Below are positions 9,633 through 19,265 of a stretch of DNA of 64,000 nt, piece after piece (within the stretch, counting starts at the first letter, position 1; each line of letters starts with the position of its first letter). The position numbers and the translations under genes were made by a program. The notes under the pieces were generated by a model. It was not told where the DNA came from. It was given only the letters and a program-made list of their open reading frames with translations, and did no database searches. This stretch comes from a virus, in IMG/VR virus record IMGVR_UViG_3300037346_000220, positions 1-64,000 of that record; one strand, given 5' to 3'.

Positions 9633-10012
9633 ATAAAGCTATGATTGAATCATATCTTCGTAACCTGTTAGGAGTTTTCCTAGCATTGGTAACAACTACA
9701 ATGGCAAACGTTGGAGCTACGTCTCCAATCGCCTTTGGCACAGGGGAGTGGCTACTAGTGGCTAATGGTGTGTGGGCAGCAGCAATCCCAACACTAATTC
9801 GTTACCTAAATACCAAGGACCCTTCGTTTGGTCGCATTGCTGAGGGCGTAGCCCTGGAGGTAAGCAAGAGGCTAGCAGCAGAAGCAAAAGCTGCAACAGC
9901 AGCCAAGAAAGCATCTGAAGCACTCGTAAGAAAAGAAGCCTTAGCAGCAAAAGCAGAAGCAAAAGCAGAAGCGGTAGCAGCAAAAGCAAAAAAGGCTGTC
10001 CCTTCCAAGTAA
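9629..10012 (+). CDS. Putative holin with Ala/Lys-rich tail
   Basis: Two hydrophobic segments, RYLNTKDPSFG, charged AK-rich C-terminus; AAGGAG RBS. Confidence 0.6.
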   Translation: MNKAMIESYLRNLLGVFLALVTTTMANVGATSPIAFGTGEWLLVANGVWAAAIPTLIRYLNTKDPSFGRIAEGVALEVSKRLAAEAKAATAAKKASEALVRKEALAAKAEAKAEAVAAKAKKAVPSK

Positions 10013-10030
10013 ACAGTTGAAGATTAAGAT

Positions 10031-10062
10031 AGGCGGATCACTATTGTGGTCCGTCTTTTCTT
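10031..10062 (+). terminator. Intrinsic terminator
   Basis: AGGCGGATCAC-TATT-GTGGTCCGTCT followed by a T-run. Confidence 0.75.
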
Positions 10063-10078
10063 ATGCTATAATAGAAGA

Positions 10079-10165
10079 GTCCTCATACAGGGCAAGGATT
10101 AGCCACTTTAGGATGACTAGTTACCATTTTTATATCGGGTTACGCCATGGTTGCTGTATGGGGAC
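10079..10165 (+). ncRNA. Putative small structured RNA
   Basis: Extended -10 TGCTATAAT (10064-10072); 5' GTCCTCATACAG pairs with 3' CTGTATGGGGAC; no ORF. Confidence 0.5.
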
Positions 10166-10232
10166 ATTCCTATACTATAATCTGCTAGACTAAGAGGTAG
10201 ACGTAAGTCTAAAACTTAAGAAAGATTGAGCA

Positions 10233-11303
10233 ATGACACTTCACAGGCAAACCCCTTATCTTAAGCCAGAGTACAATGATCCTAGGCCAGATCACGTATC
10301 CCTGAACATCATGAAAAAAGAGCTAACCTTTAACATGGATAAGCTCTTTGAATTATCCTCTACTGAGGGAGTGATTATCAGTGACGTAAAAGAAGATTAT
10401 GTAGAACCTTACGATTACGTTTTCCTGGGGCAAGACGTAAAGATAGTTTCGGTAATAGCACCATCTTTGAGCCACATAATAGAAGACACCCTTTCGGATT
10501 TACTCAGAATGGCCTCCTGGTTCCCCAAGTCAGAGATTGTGTTCGTTGATAATGGAATAGAAAAGGCTAAGCATCATGAGCCAAGAGAAGGATTGCTAAG
10601 GAATAACTCACTATTGGATTCTCTCGAAAAAGCCTTAGTATTGCAAGGTCATAGAGTTAGTTACATTACAGCAAGCGAGAAGACCAGGGTATCAATAGAC
10701 AACTTCGTAATATCTAGCCCCTCCAGGTCACCTCATGGGGATTTCAAAGGTTTCTTGCAGAAGTTCTTTGGACTCAGGTTAACCTCAGAACTTTTTAGAT
10801 CTACATTCGTAACTGACCATGCAGACCCCACAGAGAAAATCTATGTCAGCAGGTCAAAGACCACACCAAGAGATGTGAGTGTCAAGAATAGTCCACACGC
10901 AGATAACTCTTTCATCCTTGACGATGTAAGGCTTTACAATGAGAAGCTGCTAGAAGAATATTTTAAGTCCTTGGGGTTTGTCATTGTTTATGCAGAGGAG
11001 TTTGAGTCCTATGAGGATCAGGTTAGGTTCTTTGCCTCGGCTAAAGTGATAGCAGGAGTAACAGGCGCAGGCTTGTGGAATGCCTTGTTCATGAAAAGTG
11101 GAGGTTTAGTCTTAGAGATATCTACCCCATTGGCAACTTCAGATAATGGGTCCCCAATGGTTGACTATCACCCTCACTACGCCACCTTGGCCTACGCAAT
11201 GGGGATGAACTATCTAGCTATTCCTTCTAGTCTAAGACACGGTAGCGAAATTGTAGACAAAATAGAAAATAATCTTTTTTTAAGAAAGTCACTAGAATGT
11301 TAG
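10233..11303 (+). CDS. Glycosyltransferase family 61-like (DUF563)
   Basis: KIYVSRS, R.YNE..L...F..LGF.IV..E....DQVRFF..AKVIAGVTGAGL.NALF. Confidence 0.8.
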   Translation: MTLHRQTPYLKPEYNDPRPDHVSLNIMKKELTFNMDKLFELSSTEGVIISDVKEDYVEPYDYVFLGQDVKIVSVIAPSLSHIIEDTLSDLLRMASWFPKSEIVFVDNGIEKAKHHEPREGLLRNNSLLDSLEKALVLQGHRVSYITASEKTRVSIDNFVISSPSRSPHGDFKGFLQKFFGLRLTSELFRSTFVTDHADPTEKIYVSRSKTTPRDVSVKNSPHADNSFILDDVRLYNEKLLEEYFKSLGFVIVYAEEFESYEDQVRFFASAKVIAGVTGAGLWNALFMKSGGLVLEISTPLATSDNGSPMVDYHPHYATLAYAMGMNYLAIPSSLRHGSEIVDKIENNLFLRKSLEC

Positions 11304-11334
11304 TTCGTGGACTCTTGTGGTGTATACTTGTCTT

Positions 11335-12177
11335 ATGGAATATATAACTAGAAGCTTCACAAAAATCTCGGTAGAAGATTTTATAGTAACAAAAACATCC
11401 ACCAACGTAGATAAGCTCAAATCTGAGTATGCTTACTACCAAGAGATTCCAGAGACCTACCATATCTTCTTCGCAGTAGGAAGAGACTTTAAAGAAGGTC
11501 TTGATTCCTGTAGTTACATCATGAACCTAATTCCAGGCAACGACTTTGGACATCATTATGCCCACGACACTCTGACGTATAACATGGTGCAAGGCCTTTT
11601 CCCAAGAATAGATGAGTTCAAGTCACAGACTTATACAGAGATAGAGCTCCCAATGCTATTTTCTAAATCTCATGACCTAATCGTAAACAAAGCTAAGGCA
11701 AGGTCAGAGGAACTATCTATATTATCATCTGGGAAGTATGACACCCTCACCGAGGACTACGTAGCAAGAATAAGAAAAGCTTTTGAAAGCTTATTCATGA
11801 ATAAAAGAAAAACCTTCCGAACTGTCTTATCTCACGGAGATCTATGCTTCTCCAATATCCTTGAAGACACAACCTTTATCGACCCCAGAGGCGTCGAGAG
11901 CATGCACTTAGACGAGTACTACGATCTAGCAAAGCTAAGCCAAAGTATTCTAGGTGGTTACGACTTTATCGTTCATGGTAAGGATATAGTCATAGACGAA
12001 GAGCTTAAGGAAATCTTTATTTCTTTCTTAGAAGAAAAAGAAATCTGCTATGACCTTCTTAGGCTATATGAAGCATCCCTGTTTCTTTCTATGTGTCCTA
12101 TTCATTACGAAAATACTTCTCATGTAGATCAATTTCTGACTAGGGCAGGGGAGATTCTTACAGAGATAGGTCATTAG
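11335..12177 (+). CDS. Aminoglycoside/choline-kinase-like phosphotransferase (capsule-biosynthesis type), leaderless
   Basis: HGDLCFSNI, FIDPRG, YYDLAKL; TATACT at 11323-11328. Confidence 0.8.
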   Translation: MEYITRSFTKISVEDFIVTKTSTNVDKLKSEYAYYQEIPETYHIFFAVGRDFKEGLDSCSYIMNLIPGNDFGHHYAHDTLTYNMVQGLFPRIDEFKSQTYTEIELPMLFSKSHDLIVNKAKARSEELSILSSGKYDTLTEDYVARIRKAFESLFMNKRKTFRTVLSHGDLCFSNILEDTTFIDPRGVESMHLDEYYDLAKLSQSILGGYDFIVHGKDIVIDEELKEIFISFLEEKEICYDLLRLYEASLFLSMCPIHYENTSHVDQFLTRAGEILTEIGH

Positions 12178-12860
12178 TGAACATCCTATTACTGATGTCT
12201 GGAGAAGGATCTAGATTCTTTGATAGTGAATACACTCTTCCAAAGCCCTTAATTATAATCGATGGCAAGCCAATGTATCAGCTGGCCCTAGAAAGCCTAG
12301 GTCTAAAAGGGGAGCTGATTCTTGTCTCCAGAAAAGGTTTTGGATTATCCTTAGTTGACTGGGGAATGCCCACTACGATCATCGAGGTAGAATCAACGAC
12401 ATCTGGGCCAGCCACGAGTGCCATGTTAGCAGAAGATCTAATAGACAGTGACGTGCCACTAGTAATCCTTAATGCTGACCAGATAGTTGAATGGGACTCC
12501 TCAATATTAAAAGACATCACTACCGATGGGGCATTACTTCTTTTTAAATCCTCTGGAACCCGATGGTCATATGCTGATGTGGTGGGGGATAGGATCGTAA
12601 AGGTTGTAGAAAAACAAGAGATTAGTCATAATGCCCTAGCAGGAGTCCATTACTGGAAGAGAGGTAGTGACTTCGTAAGGTACGCAAAGAGAATGTTTGC
12701 GGCTAGAGACAGCTACCAGGGGGAATACTACGTTGCCCCCGTATATCAGTATGCCCTCAATGATGGTTTAAGCATATCCCCAGTCTTTGTAGATCGGATG
12801 CATGACTTGGGTACTCCAGAAGCCTTAAAAATATACACCAAAACTCTTAACGAGTCATGA
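12177..12860 (+). CDS. Sugar-phosphate nucleotidyltransferase-like protein
   Basis: MSGEGSRF...PKPLI, NAD, EKQEIS, EYYVAPVY, LGTPE. Confidence 0.85.
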   Translation: MNILLLMSGEGSRFFDSEYTLPKPLIIIDGKPMYQLALESLGLKGELILVSRKGFGLSLVDWGMPTTIIEVESTTSGPATSAMLAEDLIDSDVPLVILNADQIVEWDSSILKDITTDGALLLFKSSGTRWSYADVVGDRIVKVVEKQEISHNALAGVHYWKRGSDFVRYAKRMFAARDSYQGEYYVAPVYQYALNDGLSISPVFVDRMHDLGTPEALKIYTKTLNES

Positions 12861-12872
12861 TATAATATATAC

Positions 12873-13142
12873 ATGTCAGAAAACTTAGATAAGCAGTCCC
12901 CATGCTGGGATGGATACGTCCAACGAGGTATGAAGCCAGGAGCAAACGGTAAGCAAGTCCCAAACTGTGTACCTGCAACGAAGTCATACAGCGGAGACGA
13001 AGATGATGCCCCAGAGGGATATCACCGCATGCCAGATGGATCATTGATGGCTAACGAGGACCATGAAGATGACAAGTCATTGTTTGCAGGATTGGGAAAA
13101 GACTTTACACGATCAAAGAGTTTGACAGAAATCTTTAGATAA
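12873..13142 (+). CDS. Small phage protein with CWxGY...VPNCVP and GYHRMPDG motifs, leaderless
   Basis: Motifs recurrent in large phages; TATAAT 6 nt before the ATG. Confidence 0.7.
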   Translation: MSENLDKQSPCWDGYVQRGMKPGANGKQVPNCVPATKSYSGDEDDAPEGYHRMPDGSLMANEDHEDDKSLFAGLGKDFTRSKSLTEIFR

Positions 13143-13716
13143 AATCAATATTAATAGCTACCCGAAAGTCTGACTCAATAGGCGCACTTGGCGCATGGTA
13201 AATATTACCATCAAAGACTACAGCCTTACCAGCTTCTGGGGTAACAGCTTGGTCAATGGTAAAAGTTTCAGGAGCTTTCTTACCCTCCTGGTATTTTTCG
13301 TTAAATAGGTAGGTATCACCATCAGCGTCATTTATATAGTACAGGAAGACCTTATGCTCTGCATCGGAATCAACGTGAGGCATCTGCCACTTCCCTAGAC
13401 TATCTTGGTGAGCTCTAGAGACGAAGTTTATCTTTATCCTCTGAACTTCTCTGCATTTAATTCCATGCTTATTCATAAATGAGTTTAGCAAGCTCACGAT
13501 CTTAGGTCTAAAGGGGTGATTTGGCCCAACGATAGACACCATCATGGGGTGCTCATATACCTTGTCGCCTTTGTCAGTAGCAAAGCCCCGATCCTCATCA
13601 ACAATGTTGCTGGCAGGAGCAAAGATCCACTGGAAGTAGGGGTGCCATCCGAGAACAGCAGCGGAGATTTCATTCTTTAGGTCTTGGTTTCCAAAATCTT
13701 TATCAACAGTAATCAT
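13135..13716 (-). CDS. 2OG-Fe(II) oxygenase-like protein
   Basis: PHVD, LYYINDADGDT, FDG.IYHA, RVAINI. Confidence 0.8.
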   Translation of the reverse strand: MITVDKDFGNQDLKNEISAAVLGWHPYFQWIFAPASNIVDEDRGFATDKGDKVYEHPMMVSIVGPNHPFRPKIVSLLNSFMNKHGIKCREVQRIKINFVSRAHQDSLGKWQMPHVDSDAEHKVFLYYINDADGDTYLFNEKYQEGKKAPETFTIDQAVTPEAGKAVVFDGNIYHAPSAPIESDFRVAINIDFI

Positions 13717-13961
13717 TTTTTACTTCTCATATCTCTCTCGTAAGTTCTTTCTTTGTGGCAATTGGAACAGACTACATCACACTTCTTTACTTCATTCCAT
13801 GCAGCATCTTCACCAAACTTCTTCAAAACTCTGTAAACAATGTCAATCTTCTTAAACTCTGGTCTGTGATCAAACTCAAGAATATAGTGAGGGTACTTAA
13901 CTAAACAATCAAAGCACCCTGCGGCCTCCTTGTATGCTTGAAACTCTGAGAATATGGACAT
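13713..13961 (-). CDS. HNH-like Zn-finger protein
   Basis: C.DC...LEFDH...KCDVVCSNCH..RT. Confidence 0.7.
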   Translation of the reverse strand: MSIFSEFQAYKEAAGCFDCLVKYPHYILEFDHRPEFKKIDIVYRVLKKFGEDAAWNEVKKCDVVCSNCHKERTYERDMRSKK

Positions 13962-13981
13962 GTACTATAATTATATCATTA

Positions 13982-14545
13982 TCAGTCGTGAAAACCTATA
14001 GATATTGAGCATCTGGGCATTAAACTTTTAACACTATGAACAACACCACTAGGAATGTAAACCATGTCACCAGGCCTGATAGTCCAAGACTCTTCTACCT
14101 CTCCGTAATAGGCTGTCCACAGAGTTTCTCCAACACACTGGAAGAACATTCCGTCTACAGGGTCAGAGTGAATTGTCGCAGACATCATGGTTGGGGTAAA
14201 GTCTCTGGGCTTTTTCTGTGGATTAGATGATGTAAACTTTTGGTAGAAGTTATCGGCTTCGGCTGGGATCGAATTGTTAACGCTGTTCTCAAAGTGCGTG
14301 ATAGCCAAGACAGCTATTAGATCTCCAGGGTGCCTTTCGTTTGCCATGGATAAGAGGTCATCAAAGACTTCCGTCAGAGCCTCGGCACTGTCTACATTAA
14401 ATGTCGCAAAGGATGACCAGCTAACCGATTCTTTTTCCTGGGCAGCATCAAACAAGGATTCAAAATCTGACCATGAGGGAAGGACTTCTGCTAACCCCCT
14501 ATCTACGAATATTTTGCTTTCTTCTTTTGCACTAAAAATGTCCAT
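13982..14545 (-). CDS. JmjC/cupin-fold oxygenase-like protein
   Basis: HSD, QCVG.T.W, PGDMVYIPSGVVHSV, R.SISIG. Confidence 0.75.
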   Translation of the reverse strand: MDIFSAKEESKIFVDRGLAEVLPSWSDFESLFDAAQEKESVSWSSFATFNVDSAEALTEVFDDLLSMANERHPGDLIAVLAITHFENSVNNSIPAEADNFYQKFTSSNPQKKPRDFTPTMMSATIHSDPVDGMFFQCVGETLWTAYYGEVEESWTIRPGDMVYIPSGVVHSVKSLMPRCSISIGFHD

Positions 14546-14586
14546 AGGTCTAGTATATCATCACCTTCTGAGGTATAATAGTAATT

Positions 14587-15507
14587 GTGAAAAACATTCT
14601 GGTAACTGGTGCTGCAGGCTTTGTCGGTATGCATACTGTAAGAATGCTCCATAACTTAGGCTATAGCGTTAGAGCTTTAGATAACAAGAAAAATGTAGAC
14701 ACTTCTCAGTGGCCTATAGGAGTTAACTTTATTAGTCAAAGCTTGTTGGAGGATGACGTCTCTCCTCATTTTGAATGGGCGGACTACGTAGTTCACCTCG
14801 CAGCTTTAGCAGGTATGAAGCAGGGTATCTTTAATCCCTATGGGTCAATGCAGAACAACCTAAAGGCTACAGAGATAGTTTCTCTTCTATGCCTCAGGTA
14901 CAATGCAGGACTGTTCTTCTCCTCTACTTCCGAAGTCTATGGTCTTTGTCCAGACGTCCCATTGAGGGAAGACTCTACAAGGATCCTGGGAGGCACGGGG
15001 GATAACCGCTGGGGATACGCAGAGTCCAAGTCCATGTCTGAGCGGTTGCTACTCCTAGACGCAAAAGAACACGGACTAAAAGTTAAGATAGGCAGGCTAT
15101 TCAATGTCGCTGGCCCAGGACAGTCTGGAGAGTATGGGATGGTTATGCCAAGGTTTATTCATGCTGCCAAAAACGATAAGAGCCTTTACGTATATGGCGA
15201 TGGAACGCAGACAAGGTCTTTTTGTCATGTATCAGATACGGTCCGAGGAATATGTGAAGTTATCTTAAAGGGTAAAATAGGGGAAGTGTATAACGTAGGA
15301 AACCCCACAGAGGTCTCCATAAACAACCTTGCCTCAACTGTGATAAGGATGTCGAACTCTCACTCAGACGTAAGGTACAAGGAGTATGAGGAAGTGTACC
15401 CTGGATATACAGAGATTAGCAGACGTGTGCCAGACATCAGCAAGCTTAAGGCTCTAGGCTGGAGCCCAGAGTTCAGCCTTGGTGATATTATCAGGGACCT
15501 GTTATGA
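14587..15507 (+). CDS. NAD-dependent NDP-sugar epimerase/dehydratase
   Basis: GAAGFVG, HLAA, STSEVYG, YAESK, RLFNVAGPGQ, GDGTQTRSF. Confidence 0.95.
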   Translation: MKNILVTGAAGFVGMHTVRMLHNLGYSVRALDNKKNVDTSQWPIGVNFISQSLLEDDVSPHFEWADYVVHLAALAGMKQGIFNPYGSMQNNLKATEIVSLLCLRYNAGLFFSSTSEVYGLCPDVPLREDSTRILGGTGDNRWGYAESKSMSERLLLLDAKEHGLKVKIGRLFNVAGPGQSGEYGMVMPRFIHAAKNDKSLYVYGDGTQTRSFCHVSDTVRGICEVILKGKIGEVYNVGNPTEVSINNLASTVIRMSNSHSDVRYKEYEEVYPGYTEISRRVPDISKLKALGWSPEFSLGDIIRDLL

Positions 15508-16391
15508 GTATCTTTATATCAATTGCCTCATACGAAGACCCAACTCTGGTGAGAACAATCGAGAGAGCTCTTTGGAGGTCAAACAACCCCGAAGATTTGG
15601 TTTTTGGATTGGGATTGCAGTACGAAGAATTGCCAGACCTATCTTCACTTCCCCAGAGTCAGCTAAGGATCCTTTCCTGGAATCCAAGAACTAGGCCTGG
15701 GATAGTCAAAGTGCGTTACGAGATCTCTCAACTTTTTAAAGATGAAGATTACTTCTTGATGATAGACTCTCATATGCAATTTACTCAAGGTTGGGACACA
15801 AAACTCGTATCTGTCATAAAAGAATTGCAGGAGTCTACTAAGACCTACAAAGTTATAGTGTTTCCTTTAGGGCTATACGGAAAAGAGGCTATGTCCTCTA
15901 GGTTCAGAATTGAGCAAAGGACTTCCAAAAAGCTTCCTCTTAATGTAGCTGCCCAACCAGTAAATGGTAGGTACATACCAGAAAAGGAGATAGAGAAGAT
16001 TTCCTTTATGAGGGTAGGGCAGATATTCTTTGACGGTAGGTTTATCAAAGAGGTGGGGCTAGACTCTAGGTCTCAATACAATCAGGAGCAGGCATACCTT
16101 GGCTATAGGGCTTACCTTTCAGGTTGGGACACTTACCAATACCATCAGGACCTTATGACCCACGATGATTCAATCTATGTTGCGTCAATTGATCAGGTAA
16201 AGGCCAAGGAGTTTGGGGCAGTTCCAGAGATCGACGACAGTGATGAAGACATGACGATGGCTTATATATATAATACGGGGCCATACGCAATCCCCAACGC
16301 AGAAAGAACTCCAGACGACTTCTGGTCAGCAAACAGATCTTTCTTTGAGTTTACACGTGCCAAGGCATTGCTAGACAAGCACAATCATTAG
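15504..16391 (+). CDS. Skp1-hydroxyproline GlcNAc-transferase-like glycosyltransferase (GT60/Pfam GlcNAc type)
   Basis: IFISIASYED, A..P..L.FG..LQ, EDYFLMIDSHMQF..GWD, EQ..L..RA...GWD. Confidence 0.8.
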   Translation: MSIFISIASYEDPTLVRTIERALWRSNNPEDLVFGLGLQYEELPDLSSLPQSQLRILSWNPRTRPGIVKVRYEISQLFKDEDYFLMIDSHMQFTQGWDTKLVSVIKELQESTKTYKVIVFPLGLYGKEAMSSRFRIEQRTSKKLPLNVAAQPVNGRYIPEKEIEKISFMRVGQIFFDGRFIKEVGLDSRSQYNQEQAYLGYRAYLSGWDTYQYHQDLMTHDDSIYVASIDQVKAKEFGAVPEIDDSDEDMTMAYIYNTGPYAIPNAERTPDDFWSANRSFFEFTRAKALLDKHNH

Positions 16392-16406
16392 TGGTATACT
16401 TTAGAT

Positions 16407-17009
16407 ATGCAGACTTTAAAAGAAAAACATATAGTTATCCTTTCTGCTCACCCCGATGACCTAGAGATGTCTTGCGGAGGAACAGTTGCAAAATTTGTAG
16501 AAGATGGTAATAAGGTGACTAGCATAGTCATGGCAGGGGGAGTTCCTCACCTAGAGTATCTAAATAGAGCATCGGGTTATCTAGGGATAGATCCTATCAT
16601 ATTTTCCATGTCCAACTCAGTCAAAGTAGACAAAAATGTAATCAAAGAGTTAGAGGCCATGGTTGACTTTTCTACAGTGGACTTAATCATAACGCACTGG
16701 AACGAAGACTGGCACCAGGACCACCAGGCATGTCATGAAATAGGAAATATTTTAGCTAGGAAGCAACCTATGGACCTGTGGTACATGTCTGCTCACCCAT
16801 ACAACCTAAAATATAAGCACTTTACACCAGACCTATATATTGACATTGGTTCATGGTCATACAAGTCCAAGCTCAATGCCGTCAAGGCATACGACAACAT
16901 ACCAAATAAATGGGTAAGGGGAGTCATGCACCATGACGTATGGCGAGGCTCATACCTTGACACCAAGTATGCAGAAGTGTTCGCTGTCGGTAACCAGGTG
17001 ATAAAATGA
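16407..17009 (+). CDS. PIG-L/LmbE family N-acetylglucosaminyl deacetylase
   Basis: SAHPDDLE..CGG, THW..DWHQDH, YAEVF. Confidence 0.92.
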   Translation: MQTLKEKHIVILSAHPDDLEMSCGGTVAKFVEDGNKVTSIVMAGGVPHLEYLNRASGYLGIDPIIFSMSNSVKVDKNVIKELEAMVDFSTVDLIITHWNEDWHQDHQACHEIGNILARKQPMDLWYMSAHPYNLKYKHFTPDLYIDIGSWSYKSKLNAVKAYDNIPNKWVRGVMHHDVWRGSYLDTKYAEVFAVGNQVIK

Positions 17010-18637
17010 TTGTCATGGGGGTAAACCTTTCTCATGACGGTAGCGTCTGTGTTCTAGACAAAGGTAAGGTTGTCTTCTACCAAGAAGAAGAGAGAATCAC
17101 TCACGAGAAGCATACCACTGGGGTAATTCATAGCTTCGTAGCTGGTATGAAGTTTAACCCTACCCACGTCGTCTTTACCGCTGCAACACCGTATGAGATA
17201 AATGCAAAAGATCTTTTTGTAAGATTGATGGGAGCACATGGCAAGCTCAAACACTTTGAGGACTATGTCATGCCAGAGATTCACTTCATGAGAGATCACC
17301 ACTTAGCCCACGCAGCAGCAGCCTTCTACAACTCAGGGTTCGAAGAGGCCTCAGTTTTGGTTGTAGACGGTGCTGGCCAAGCCTTTATCGATGATGAATA
17401 CCTATATAGAGAGACAGAGACTATCTTCTCTGCAAAATATAACAACTTTGACGTAAAGCTAAAAAAAGTAATCAAGCAGCATACCCTACTTAACTACCAG
17501 CAGCTTTCTGGAGAGCTGGTAGACAAGACCTACCTTTCTCCATGTGCTAGCCCATTGCCTATTGAGTATGAAGTCAAGGTCCACGACGCAGATATGAGCA
17601 TTGGCAAGATGTTTAGTAAGGCTGGTATTGACATCTTTGGAGACTATCACCAAGCAGGCAAGGTCATGGGTCTATCGGCATACGGGATAGACCACAAGGA
17701 GGATCCAAGAGCTTTTATAGAAGACGATGCTAACCCAGAAATATTTACACATGGGATGTCTAACGAGGACCTGGCTTTTAGGATTCAGAACGACTCTCTA
17801 ATCCCCATAGTTAACTTAGTTAGAGAAGCATTAGATAACTCAAAACACGATAACGTTTGCCTCTCTGGAGGATACTTCCTTAACTGTGTGAATAACTACA
17901 AGCTGCTAAAGCTATTCCCTCATGCAAACTTTTACATAGAGCCTAACTCCTCGGACGCAGGAACTGCCTTGGGGGCAGCAAAGTATTGGTGGCACATGCT
18001 TAGCGGAGACCACGATATAAGGGAGCTTGAGACCCTATACCTTAGTAGCCCAGCCGACCACAGATTTGATTCGAGAGACATAAGAGACATCGTACAGGCT
18101 TCGCCCAAAGACGTGGCAAAGCTTCTTTCCGAGAGAAACGTGGTCGCCATATATCAGGGCAAAGCAGAAGCTGGACCAAGGGCCCTCGGCAATAGGTCAA
18201 TACTTTATGACCCAAGAGACAGAGATGCAAGAGATGTTCTCAACATGATCAAGAAGCGTGAGAGCTTTAGGCCTTTTGGAGGCACTGTGCTTGAAGAGAA
18301 GGCATGTCAGTGGTTTGACATGTACACACTAAAGTCTAGCCCCTATATGCTGTATGCTGTTGACTCCCAGGAAGGGACCGCAGCACTTATCCCAGGGTTA
18401 ATGCACAACGACGGAACTTCTAGGATACAGACCCTTAATGAGAGTCAGAACCCGAACTATCATGCTTTAATCAGTGAGTTTGACAACCTTACGGGTGTTC
18501 CTATGATCTTAAATACATCGTTTAACCTAGCTGGAGACACTCTGGTTCAAACAATGGACGATGCTATAAGAACATGTCTTCAGTCTGGGATCCCATACCT
18601 TTATTGTCCAGAGATCGAATCAATAATTACGTTTTAA
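17006..18637 (+). CDS. Carbamoyltransferase (second copy)
   Basis: SHDGS, EEER, HHLAHAA, VDGAG, AGKVMGLSAYG, EAGPRALGNRS, NTSFN. Confidence 0.95.
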   Translation: MIVMGVNLSHDGSVCVLDKGKVVFYQEEERITHEKHTTGVIHSFVAGMKFNPTHVVFTAATPYEINAKDLFVRLMGAHGKLKHFEDYVMPEIHFMRDHHLAHAAAAFYNSGFEEASVLVVDGAGQAFIDDEYLYRETETIFSAKYNNFDVKLKKVIKQHTLLNYQQLSGELVDKTYLSPCASPLPIEYEVKVHDADMSIGKMFSKAGIDIFGDYHQAGKVMGLSAYGIDHKEDPRAFIEDDANPEIFTHGMSNEDLAFRIQNDSLIPIVNLVREALDNSKHDNVCLSGGYFLNCVNNYKLLKLFPHANFYIEPNSSDAGTALGAAKYWWHMLSGDHDIRELETLYLSSPADHRFDSRDIRDIVQASPKDVAKLLSERNVVAIYQGKAEAGPRALGNRSILYDPRDRDARDVLNMIKKRESFRPFGGTVLEEKACQWFDMYTLKSSPYMLYAVDSQEGTAALIPGLMHNDGTSRIQTLNESQNPNYHALISEFDNLTGVPMILNTSFNLAGDTLVQTMDDAIRTCLQSGIPYLYCPEIESIITF

Positions 18638-18722
18638 TGTTACCAAAATGTAATAAAAAACCCTTAGTTTTATAGCAAACAACAACTATAATAGAATATT
18701 ACTTAAGAAGGAGCCCCAAAGC

Positions 18723-18944
18723 ATGACCACAGTTTACACATTACCATCCTGCGTCCAGTGTGATGCAACAAAACGATTTCTAACAAAGAATGGCCTACCA
18801 TATGATACAGTGGATCTCAGCACTGATTCTAAGGCCTATGATTACATAAAGGGGTTGGGCTTTAGTGCAGCTCCTGTTGTCGTAACCAGTCAGGATTCCT
18901 GGTCAGGCTTCCAGCCAGATAGACTTTCCATGATCGCTGCTTGA
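18723..18944 (+). CDS. nrdH: NrdH-like glutaredoxin
   Basis: CVQC active site, APVV, WSGFQPD. Confidence 0.92.
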   Translation: MTTVYTLPSCVQCDATKRFLTKNGLPYDTVDLSTDSKAYDYIKGLGFSAAPVVVTSQDSWSGFQPDRLSMIAA

Positions 18945-19010
18945 CAGCAAGTAAGCTTTAAGATATAATAGAAACCTTACACAAATAACCTTAACGAGAG
19001 ACTAAGATTA

Positions 19011-19265
19011 ATGAATATATTTACTGATAGCCACGATGACCATGGTGAGCATGCAGAACACGTAGAGATCGCAGAGCATGCAGAGCATAGTGGAGTCGAT
19101 GGTCTCCTAGAGGTGATGTTTGGCTTTGAGCATGTTGTTGCAGAGTTTTTCTGGAATGGTATCTTCGTAGCCCTAACTTTCTTTATTACAAGAGGATTTG
19201 CTTTGCGTAAAGCGCACAAGTACATTGACACTAAGCACGGCATAGAGCACGATGAAGGGTACTAA
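19011..19265 (+). CDS. His-rich single-TM protein
   Basis: HDDHGEHAEH..EHAEH N-terminus, TM helix, HKYID.KHG.EH; promoter TTGACA-17-TATAAT upstream. Confidence 0.7.
   Translation: MNIFTDSHDDHGEHAEHVEIAEHAEHSGVDGLLEVMFGFEHVVAEFFWNGIFVALTFFITRGFALRKAHKYIDTKHGIEHDEGY

Noticed and set aside
13713-13961. Homing endonuclease / intron
   Set aside because: Short free-standing HNH-like gene with its own promoter; neighbouring genes are not interrupted
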